Position numbers and translations under genes: made by a program
Assembly: GCA_029856155.1 (NCBI GenBank)
Contig: JAHQWL010000010.1
Span: 1 to 10,546 of the forward strand
Length of the DNA stretch: 10,546 nt
Direction of reading: 5' to 3'
From: Promethearchaeia archaeon
Lineage (GTDB): Archaea; Asgardarchaeota; Lokiarchaeia; Sigyniarchaeales; SOKP01
Shown: piece after piece, positions 1 to 6,938 of the stretch
How positions within the stretch are numbered: the first letter of the stretch is position 1
How the letters are laid out: each line of letters begins with the position of its first letter
Notes under the pieces: model-generated
The model's input: the letters and a program-made list of their open reading frames with translations, nothing else
Told to the model about the DNA's origin: nothing
Database searches by the model: none

Positions 1-28
1 TATCTAGAGAGGATTTAGACCATGACAA

Positions 29-75
29 AACTGGAAATATTTGCTTTGCCCGGAACAGGAAGTATTCGCTTTGCC
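29..75 (+). repeat. Imperfect 22-bp direct repeat, two copies with a 25-bp period
   Basis: aactggaaatatttgctttgcc (29-50) versus aacaggaagtattcgctttgcc (54-75): 19 of 22 positions are identical. Confidence 0.7.
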
Positions 76-139
76 TTGACAAGATATTTTGATTTCTTGA
101 CATTTTTATGCTTAAAATATATAAAAAATATGAGTCTTT

Positions 140-838
140 TTAGCTGTTTTTATCTTTCTCCTTTAAGATAATTCTGGCATCTACACATATTAATCCCTTT
201 TCGTAGATAAACACTGGATTTAAATCCATTTCGTTGATATTTTCATTTTTTGTAACTAGATCGGATATTTTCATTAAAGTTTCTACAATGGCTTCAATAT
301 CTGCTTTGGGTTTTCCACGATATCCGTCCAGTATTGGAAAACCTTTAATCTCGTGAATCATTTCTTTGGCATCATATTCTGTAATTGGAGCTATCCTAAA
401 GCTAACATCCTCTAAAAGCTCTACTAAAATCCCACCAATCCCAAACATTAAAGCAGGACCAAATTGAGGGTCTGTGGTCATACCGATAATAAGTTCTGTT
501 ATTGGTTCTTTTGCCATTTTCTGTACCGAAATCTTTTTTTCTTTCTGAGATGGGATTTTCATTAATTCATCATAAGCGTTTTCTACTTCTTCTTTTGTTC
601 TAAGGTTTAACTTAACTGCCCCAGTATCAGATTTATGAACAACATCTTCTGCCATGAGTTTCATGACAATAGGAAACCCAATCTCCTCTACTGCGGCAAG
701 TGTTTCTTCTTTTGAAGTTGTTAATTTTTGAGACGGAACGGCAATTCCAATTTCTTCTAATAATTCTTTAGATTCAAATTCAGTTAGTACAGTTTGACCA
801 GATTCAACCTTAGTTTTTAATTCTTCAACTATATTCAT
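140..838 (-). CDS. acdB: Acetate/acyl-CoA ligase (ADP-forming) beta subunit, ATP-grasp fold
   Basis: 232 aa. Contains LTEFESKELL..IGI, IGFPIVMK, VHKSDTGAVKLNL (HKSD motif), ELIIG..DPQFGPALMFGIGGILVELLEDVSFR, L.GYRGKP..D and EMDLNP..VDARI, all typical of the stand-alone archaeal ACD beta subunit. No alpha subunit lies in the window. Confidence 0.92.
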   Translation of the reverse strand: MNIVEELKTKVESGQTVLTEFESKELLEEIGIAVPSQKLTTSKEETLAAVEEIGFPIVMKLMAEDVVHKSDTGAVKLNLRTKEEVENAYDELMKIPSQKEKKISVQKMAKEPITELIIGMTTDPQFGPALMFGIGGILVELLEDVSFRIAPITEYDAKEMIHEIKGFPILDGYRGKPKADIEAIVETLMKISDLVTKNENINEMDLNPVFIYEKGLICVDARIILKEKDKNS

Positions 839-951
839 TTCTAAATTCCCGTATTAGGATTTTGAACTTTTCAGTTCTAATTATTAAATAAAATTATAAA
901 AAAAATATAAAATTAATTAAAAAGAATTCAAGAATTAGATATGGATAATTG

Positions 952-1000
952 AAAAAAGCTGTAAAATAAAATGTAAAATAATTAAGAATAAAAATAAAAG
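952..1000 (-). terminator. Putative archaeal oligo-T terminator region downstream of the P-type ATPase
   Basis: The minus strand immediately after the stop is a series of T4-T6 runs (cttttatttttattcttaattattttacattttattttacagctttttt). The AT-rich background weakens the call. Confidence 0.35.
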
Positions 1001-1004
1001 GCTT

Positions 1005-3848
1005 TTAAGATTTTCTCCAAACTGTCATCCCTCTCCTCCTACGAATTCGCCATTTACGAATCTCATCAACAACCGAAACGCTAAAAGCACCAAGGAAAAG
1101 AGCTATCCAGTAATAGGAGTGGTTTAATGGTACGACATGAAATGCTATTGCCATTGGTGTATATAATATAAGCAATTGTAAAGCTAAAGAAAGTCCAGTA
1201 GCCCAAAATAAATGTTTATTTGGAAACAAATAAAATGGTTTGATGTTTGAAGTACATGTGTAAACAAACAAAAGTTCACAAATAACTAGATTTGTGAATA
1301 ATATTGTTTGCGCTAATGAAATCGCATATAAGTTAGAAGCCGTACCCGCAGTTAGAAAGTCAGTACCTAATCTGGGATCAATTCCCGCTTGAGCCCAAGC
1401 AGGAATTAATACCCCCCAGAGTAGTAAATATAGTGAAATATCTGTTATCGATGTATAAATACCAAGTAGAAGAACTGGACCTTTAATTTCGGGTAGCAAT
1501 GTAAAACCTTTTCTTGGTTTGTCTTTCATTACATCAGGATCCGTAGGTGTAAATCCCAATACCATCGCAGGAATGCCATCCGTGGCAATATTAAGCCAAA
1601 GAATTTGAATTGGCGCTACTGGAAGGGCAAGGAACACATTCGAAAAAAGTTTCATAACAATATAAGCAGCTAGAATTAAGAAAATTTCATCAAAATTCGT
1701 GCTTAACATGTATCGGAAGAATCCTTTAGTTGTCTCGAATATTCCACGGCCTTCCTCTATAGCATTTACAATTGTTGCATAATTATCATCTATTAATATC
1801 ATTTCTGAAGCTTCTTGAGTCACCTCAGTTCCTTTTAAACCCATCGCTACACCTACATGTGCTCCCTTCACAGCGGGCGCATCATTCACTCCGTCTCCAG
1901 TCATTGAAACCACTAAATCCAATTCCTTCAATCTACGTAGAATTCTGAGTTTATGTTGTGATGAAACTCTCGCAAAAATGTCCACTGTTTTAACTCTTTC
2001 CCGAAGATCATCATTACTCATTTCTTCTAGTTCTACTCCCGTAATTGCCTCACTGGAGTCAGTTAAGCCAATCTCATGTGCGATTGCAATTGCTGTAATT
2101 TTATGATCTCCTGTAATCATCATTGTTCTGATTCCTGCCATTCTAGCTTCTTCAATCGCGTCTTTTACTTCATCTCTAGCGGGGTCAATTATTCCCGCTA
2201 AACCAAGGTATATATAATCAGTTTCTATTTCTTCTTCTTTATAGCCTTCTTGTATTGGTTTATAAGCTATACCTAAAACTCGTAGTGCATTCCTAGCAAA
2301 TTCTTCATTTTTTTGAAGAATTATGTCTTTTACTTCATTAATGGGCTTCACCTGACCATCCATAACTGCCTTTCCAGCTTTATTTAATAACACATCTGGA
2401 GCACCTTTAATTAAAGCAAACATCTGATTATCAATTTTTGAAACAACTGACATCATCTTTCTATCAGAACTAAAAGGAATTTCATCAATCTTTTCAGCCT
2501 TAGTATTTAGTTCCATTTTCATAGCTAAAACTTTTAGTGAGATTTCTGTAGGATCACCAACTACATCAGTATCGCTAGAGCCATCATTTTTCAGAGATAC
2601 ATTTGAATTATTGCAGAACATACAAACCTCAAGAAATATCTTTAGATAATTTTCTTCTAATAATGGAACCTGTTTCCCTTTTTCTCCAACAATTTTTCCT
2701 TCAAGTGCATAACCTACACCTTCCACGTTATATTCCATACCCCCTATATAAATTTTTACAACAGTCATTTCGTTTTTTGTTAAAGTACCCGTTTTGTCCG
2801 AACAGATTACATTAACTCTTCCTAATGTCTCAACAGCAGTAAGTTTTCGCACTAACGCGTTCCGGTCTGCCATCTTACGCATTCCTATGGACATAACTAC
2901 TGTAATAACAACGATTAACCCTTCAGGAACCGCAGATACTGCTAATGATATTGATATTTCAAATGCTTCAATAAGCTCATCAAAATCAAATTCTGTTATT
3001 AGTAAGATAATTAGCTCTATGAGAAAAACACCAAGACAGATTACTATAATTACCACTCCTAAAAGTTTTCCAAATCTATTTACTTCTTTCTGAAATGGAC
3101 TAAGCTCGATTTCTTCTTCTTGTAGACTTTCAGCTATTTTACCTATTTCTGTAGCCATTCCTGTTCCGATGGCTATTCCTTCTCCATTTCCCCGAGTGAT
3201 GATCGTGTTCATATAGCCAAGGTTGGTCCTATCAGCTAAAATCATCTTTTCATCAACCGGTTTTAATTGTTTTTTAACTGGTTTTGACTCTCCCGTTAAA
3301 ATTGCTTCATCAACATAAAGCGAAAATTGCTTGTTAAGTCTTATATCCGCAGGAAATTTATCCCCCTCTTCAAAGAGTATAATATCTCCAGGAACTACGT
3401 CCTCTACTCCGATTTCTATAACTCTTCCATCCCTACGAACTTTAGCATAATGTGGTGCTAATTTCTTAAGACTCTCAAGGGACTTCTCTGCTTGATATTC
3501 TTGGTAAAATCCTAATATAGCATTCACTATCAAAATTGCGGCAATAACAATGGCATCAGTATATTCTGAAGGCCAAGTTACACCAGGACGAGAAGATTCA
3601 TATAATCCGATTATGATTGAAATTAATATTGCAAACATTAGAAGATATATTAGAAAATCTTTGAATTGGCTTATGAAGATTTGTAAAGCAGTTTTTCCCT
3701 TTTCTTTAATTAATTCATTTCTTCCATATTTCTCAATTCTCTCTTGAGCGTCATTGCTAGTTAAACCAACATCTGACGAGGTTTTCAATTTTTCAGCTAC
3801 ATCTTCATAAGTAATAGAGTGTGCGTGAATATTTTCTAAATCTATCAT
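1005..3848 (-). CDS. Cation-translocating P-type ATPase, type IIA (SERCA-like Ca2+-ATPase)
   Basis: 947 aa. Contains DKTGTLT (phosphorylation site), TGES (A domain), PEGL (M4), KGAPD, MITGD, FAR, TGDGVNDAPA, the N-terminal GL...A..R...YG.NEL motif and about 10 hydrophobic segments. M5 (STNFDE), M6 (LWLNIATDG) and M8 (VICE) carry the Ca2+-ligand pattern. Confidence 0.95.
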   Translation of the reverse strand: MIDLENIHAHSITYEDVAEKLKTSSDVGLTSNDAQERIEKYGRNELIKEKGKTALQIFISQFKDFLIYLLMFAILISIIIGLYESSRPGVTWPSEYTDAIVIAAILIVNAILGFYQEYQAEKSLESLKKLAPHYAKVRRDGRVIEIGVEDVVPGDIILFEEGDKFPADIRLNKQFSLYVDEAILTGESKPVKKQLKPVDEKMILADRTNLGYMNTIITRGNGEGIAIGTGMATEIGKIAESLQEEEIELSPFQKEVNRFGKLLGVVIIVICLGVFLIELIILLITEFDFDELIEAFEISISLAVSAVPEGLIVVITVVMSIGMRKMADRNALVRKLTAVETLGRVNVICSDKTGTLTKNEMTVVKIYIGGMEYNVEGVGYALEGKIVGEKGKQVPLLEENYLKIFLEVCMFCNNSNVSLKNDGSSDTDVVGDPTEISLKVLAMKMELNTKAEKIDEIPFSSDRKMMSVVSKIDNQMFALIKGAPDVLLNKAGKAVMDGQVKPINEVKDIILQKNEEFARNALRVLGIAYKPIQEGYKEEEIETDYIYLGLAGIIDPARDEVKDAIEEARMAGIRTMMITGDHKITAIAIAHEIGLTDSSEAITGVELEEMSNDDLRERVKTVDIFARVSSQHKLRILRRLKELDLVVSMTGDGVNDAPAVKGAHVGVAMGLKGTEVTQEASEMILIDDNYATIVNAIEEGRGIFETTKGFFRYMLSTNFDEIFLILAAYIVMKLFSNVFLALPVAPIQILWLNIATDGIPAMVLGFTPTDPDVMKDKPRKGFTLLPEIKGPVLLLGIYTSITDISLYLLLWGVLIPAWAQAGIDPRLGTDFLTAGTASNLYAISLAQTILFTNLVICELLFVYTCTSNIKPFYLFPNKHLFWATGLSLALQLLILYTPMAIAFHVVPLNHSYYWIALFLGAFSVSVVDEIRKWRIRRRRGMTVWRKS

Positions 3849-4217
3849 AATATTATCATTTTTTTATAGAGATTTTTTTTTTAAAAAAATAATTAAATTA
3901 CCTATATATTCTAATTATTTAATTAACAAATTTAAATTCACTTATAGATATTGGTTATAGAAATAAGATATAAAATTATATTAGTTATTTATAGCTTAAT
4001 GGGTAAAATATAACGAAAGTTTAAAATGGACTATGTTTTTTTATAAATCTGTCAAAATCAAGTAAATTTGAAATCGAATTATCTGAGAGATTCTTACTTA
4101 AATTGTTAAAAAATATAAATAGAAAATTTATATTTATAATAAATCTAATAAAAGTTAATTAAATAATTCTAAAAAAAACACCTTAGATAACACGAAAAAT
4201 AATTTTTCCCGAATATT
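3849..4217. promoter_or_regulatory. Divergent promoter region between the P-type ATPase and the membrane-protein operon
   Basis: 369-bp, extremely AT-rich, non-coding gap between head-to-head genes, with several TATA-like words (tttataaa, tataaat, tttatat). The functional boxes cannot be singled out. Confidence 0.5.
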
Positions 4218-4802
4218 ATGAGACCATCTCGAGTTTTTAGGTTGCTATTTAGGATATTCATATTACTGTTAACTCTATCTGTAACTGTTGTTTCTATATT
4301 AGGTGGGTTATCAGCTTTTGTAATACTTGATCCTAATTCTAACAATATAGGAGTGGACTACACTGATGCGAGTTTTGATGTGAATTTTAACAATTCAACA
4401 GGTGAGCTTATTGCTTTCAATTTTTCTTTACCATTTAATATCACTAATGCTGGTTATTTTGATTTAGAAGATCTTATGGTAGATATTGAGATTGGGATAA
4501 GATATGAACATATAAATTATACTATTCTCGGCCAAAATGATACTATTTTCATAAAGTTTTTTGAAAAACAACAAGATTATGGAACTATAACAAAAGGTAA
4601 TAAAGGGCTTTTTGATTTTACAGGGGATATGACCAATGTTATTTCTTTTCCCAATGCTACACAGATAAATTGGTATAGAACGCCACCCCCTGATTTAGAG
4701 TTCTTTGCTAATTTTAGTATAGGTTTAACTTATTCTTTGGGATTGCATTCGCTCGCATTTAATATGCATAATATATCAATAGGAGATTATTCATATCCAT
4801 AG
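4218..4802 (+). CDS. Hypothetical membrane-anchored exported protein, beta-rich, possibly LEA_2/WHy-like
   Basis: 194 aa. A basic N-terminus is followed by a long hydrophobic anchor (about residues 9-37) and then an Asn/Phe-rich beta-type domain with nine N-x-S/T sequons. The segment PFNITNAGYFDL is reminiscent of LEA_2-type domains. Confidence 0.8.
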   Translation: MRPSRVFRLLFRIFILLLTLSVTVVSILGGLSAFVILDPNSNNIGVDYTDASFDVNFNNSTGELIAFNFSLPFNITNAGYFDLEDLMVDIEIGIRYEHINYTILGQNDTIFIKFFEKQQDYGTITKGNKGLFDFTGDMTNVISFPNATQINWYRTPPPDLEFFANFSIGLTYSLGLHSLAFNMHNISIGDYSYP

Positions 4803-4807
4803 GAGGT
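4801..4807 (+). promoter_or_regulatory. Shine-Dalgarno site (AGGAGGT) for the 4815 ORF, overlapping the upstream TAG stop
   Basis: AGGAGGT ends 7 nt before the ATG at 4815. Its first two bases are the last two bases of the TAG stop of the 4218..4802 ORF. Confidence 0.8.
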
Positions 4808-4814
4808 TATTAAG

Positions 4815-5306
4815 ATGGGAGCGACAAAAAATATGATTAGGGGAACAATCTATACTAGCGTTTATGTTGTTACGACGATTATTGTTCCTTTTTTATTATT
4901 TAATTGGGTGAGAAATTTACAAATACCATTAGTGGGCGAAATAACATTAACTCAGGAAGACTATGAAAATATAATATTTTGGATAGTAGCTTTTGGATTA
5001 ATAATTAGTGGTTGTGCATTTTTTTCATATTCTTCACCTAAGCAATCAATAAGAAGAGCAGTATTTGCGTTAATCCAAGTTATTGTAAATTGTCTATATT
5101 TATGGAGTTACAAATTTTCTGGAGCCACCGAAATTCTATTTAATTTTAATATTTCTGGACATTCTGGATTTCTATCTTTAAATCTCCAAACAATGGTCTT
5201 AGTGTATATGGGAGTTTATTTTCTAACAATTGTATTAAAAATATATGATCTTTTTGATTTTAGCATTAATAGAAAGAAAATTCGAGAGAATAGAATGAAA
5301 GCATAA
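4815..5306 (+). CDS. Hypothetical integral membrane protein (about 4 TM helices)
   Basis: 163 aa with four hydrophobic segments (IYTSVYVVTTIIVPFLLF; IIFWIVAFGLIISGCAFF; AVFALIQVIVNCLYLW; MVLVYMGVYFLTIVL), a basic C-terminal tail and a strong SD. Confidence 0.85.
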   Translation: MGATKNMIRGTIYTSVYVVTTIIVPFLLFNWVRNLQIPLVGEITLTQEDYENIIFWIVAFGLIISGCAFFSYSSPKQSIRRAVFALIQVIVNCLYLWSYKFSGATEILFNFNISGHSGFLSLNLQTMVLVYMGVYFLTIVLKIYDLFDFSINRKKIRENRMKA

Positions 5307-5310
5307 AATT

Positions 5311-5316
5311 GGTGAT
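5311..5316 (+). promoter_or_regulatory. Archaeal-type Shine-Dalgarno site (GGTGAT) for the 5323 ORF
   Basis: GGTGAT ends 6 nt before the ATG at 5323. GGTGA is a common archaeal SD register. Confidence 0.7.
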
Positions 5317-5322
5317 AAAAAA

Positions 5323-5721
5323 ATGATTTTTCAAACAATAGGATTTTTACAAACCCTTGCTGATATATTAAGCGCTATCTTAATTTTCCTCATGCCCGTT
5401 ATCATGCCGGTAGGGACTTTTATGGTAAATTGGATAACTGCTACAATAACATTTTTACAAGAAAATATCAGTCATAATTTAACTATTTTTATAGTAATAT
5501 GTGTAATTTTAGTAGTTTCAGGTATTATTGTTAATATCATTTGGCCAGGTGACAGACCGGGTACAATTTTTTCTAAGGGAATAGAAAAAATAGAAGATTT
5601 TGAGAGTAAACTAGATATATCTGAAGAAAAAGATATAATAGACGAAGTCAGAAGATGTAAGGATTGTGGTAACCCTATCGGAGACGCAAACGTTTGTTCT
5701 TTATGCGGGGCTCGAAATTAA
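5323..5721 (+). CDS. Hypothetical membrane protein with C-terminal zinc ribbon
   Basis: 132 aa. A hydrophobic N-terminal half with a strong TM segment (IFIVICVILVVSGIIVNIIW) is followed by a charged linker and a terminal CKDCG-x8-CSLCG four-Cys zinc ribbon. Confidence 0.85.
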   Translation: MIFQTIGFLQTLADILSAILIFLMPVIMPVGTFMVNWITATITFLQENISHNLTIFIVICVILVVSGIIVNIIWPGDRPGTIFSKGIEKIEDFESKLDISEEKDIIDEVRRCKDCGNPIGDANVCSLCGARN

Positions 5722-5742
5722 TTACTAATTTATTTCATTTAT

Positions 5743-5762
5743 TTAACATTATGTAATGTTAA
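5743..5762. repeat. Inverted repeat TTAACATTA-TG-TAATGTTAA
   Basis: Perfect 9-bp arms around a 2-nt centre, starting 21 nt downstream of the stop of the 5323..5721 ORF. Confidence 0.6.
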
Positions 5763-6113
5763 GAAGTAATTCTGTACCTTTCTTTGCTAGATCATCTACC
5801 ATTAACCCTAGTTTGATGGTGTTATTATTCTCGGTTAAAAGATAATTATTTCCTTTAACAAATTTTAAATATTATACCATTAAATATAAGAGTTCATATA
5901 TAACCCAGATGATAAATTATAACTTATTTCAAAGTTATTACCCACTAATTAATTTAATTTGATCGCTCAGTTAATTAATAAACAACAACTTTTAATAATT
6001 TGAGGTAACCTTACAATTAGAATTCTCTATATTATGTTTTCTAATAATGCAGAGAATGATTTATTAAATCAATAATATTAAATTTAAATTTTGTATCTAT
6101 TCTATTTAGATGT

Positions 6114-6128
6114 AATAAGAATATATAT
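6114..6128 (+). promoter_or_regulatory. Candidate BRE/TATA for the 6153 ORF (possibly a leaderless or short-leader transcript)
   Basis: Purine-rich aataaga is followed by atatatat about 25-32 nt upstream of the ATG, and no clear SD is present. Confidence 0.3.
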
Positions 6129-6152
6129 CATTAGAATTTTTTTAGAGAGCAT

Positions 6153-6902
6153 ATGAGCTTTAATACTAAGGTTGAAAATTTCAAAAACAAAAAGATCCTT
6201 TATGAAGAATTGAATTATTATAAATCTATCATTCTAAAAAAAGTAAAGAATGGAGAATATAATTCAGCTTTAGAAAAAGTAAGATCCGCATTGATATTAA
6301 TTCAAGAACACAAAGAGTCTTTTAGTACTGAAAAAGAACTTCTTGATTTTTATGAGTTAAGTAAACGGATACAATTAGAATTAAATAATCATAGAATGGT
6401 TTATGAACGCAGATTCAATAATCTTTTGAAAGAAAAACTTGATGAAGCTAATCTAGAAAGCTTTTCAAAATTGTTAGCTATGTTAAAAAACGAAGTAGAT
6501 CATAATCTCGATAAATATCATCTTCAAGACATCAGTATAAAAATCACTCACTATTTTAAATATATAAAGAAGATGTATGAGATATTAAGCTGCTATAAAA
6601 TATTGAATTACCATGATGCTTCCGATAAAATTTTTGAGTTTGTAAGAGATATTAAATCTGAAAACTTCCCAAATTTAAAGATGTTAATCTCGTTAACTTA
6701 TCAAAACTTAATAAGTAATAGATTATTCGAATTTTCAAAAGAATTTGACAGACTTTCACTTTCTAATCTTTCTACAAAAATGGCTATGAACCAAGAACAA
6801 CTCTGTGATTTTATTAATATATTAAAAAAAAAGCCAAAAAGTCCAGTACAAGATTATATACCTAAAACTCAAGAAATTGTGTTTAAAAGATCAAGGTTCT
6901 AA
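6153..6902 (+). CDS. Hypothetical all-helical protein with putative C-terminal PCI-like winged-helix domain
   Basis: 249 aa, K/E/L-rich and helical, with TPR-like hairpins (KNGEYNSALEKVRSAL; KILNYHDASDKIFEF). The C-terminus FSKEFDRLSLSNLSTKMAMNQEQLCDFINIL...VQDYIPKTQEIVF follows the PCI winged-helix pattern. The CDS is well supported, but the domain call is by eye. Confidence 0.7.
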   Translation: MSFNTKVENFKNKKILYEELNYYKSIILKKVKNGEYNSALEKVRSALILIQEHKESFSTEKELLDFYELSKRIQLELNNHRMVYERRFNNLLKEKLDEANLESFSKLLAMLKNEVDHNLDKYHLQDISIKITHYFKYIKKMYEILSCYKILNYHDASDKIFEFVRDIKSENFPNLKMLISLTYQNLISNRLFEFSKEFDRLSLSNLSTKMAMNQEQLCDFINILKKKPKSPVQDYIPKTQEIVFKRSRF

Positions 6903-6938
6903 AATAAAATTCTTAAAAACTTCCTTATTTTAAACTGA

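Noticed and set aside
29-75. Direct repeat considered as a CRISPR remnant
   Set aside because: Only two copies separated by 3 nt, with no spacer-length unique sequence and no cas genes.
1-103. Open minus-strand frame from ATG at 103 running off the window (MSRNQNILSRQSEYFLFRAKQIFPVLSWSKSSLD)
   Set aside because: Only 34 codons are visible, with no recognisable motif, and it overlaps a non-triplet repeat. It cannot be supported or excluded without flanking sequence.
2603-2815. 70-aa + strand ORF
   Set aside because: Antisense and wholly inside the well-supported P-type ATPase; non-ATG start and no motifs.
2794-3093. 99-aa + strand ORF, Ser/Thr/Ile-rich
   Set aside because: Antisense shadow of the ATPase M3-M4 coding region; its composition is explained by reverse-complement codons.
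3550-3747. 65-aa + strand ORF
   Set aside because: Antisense to the ATPase N-terminus; no independent support.
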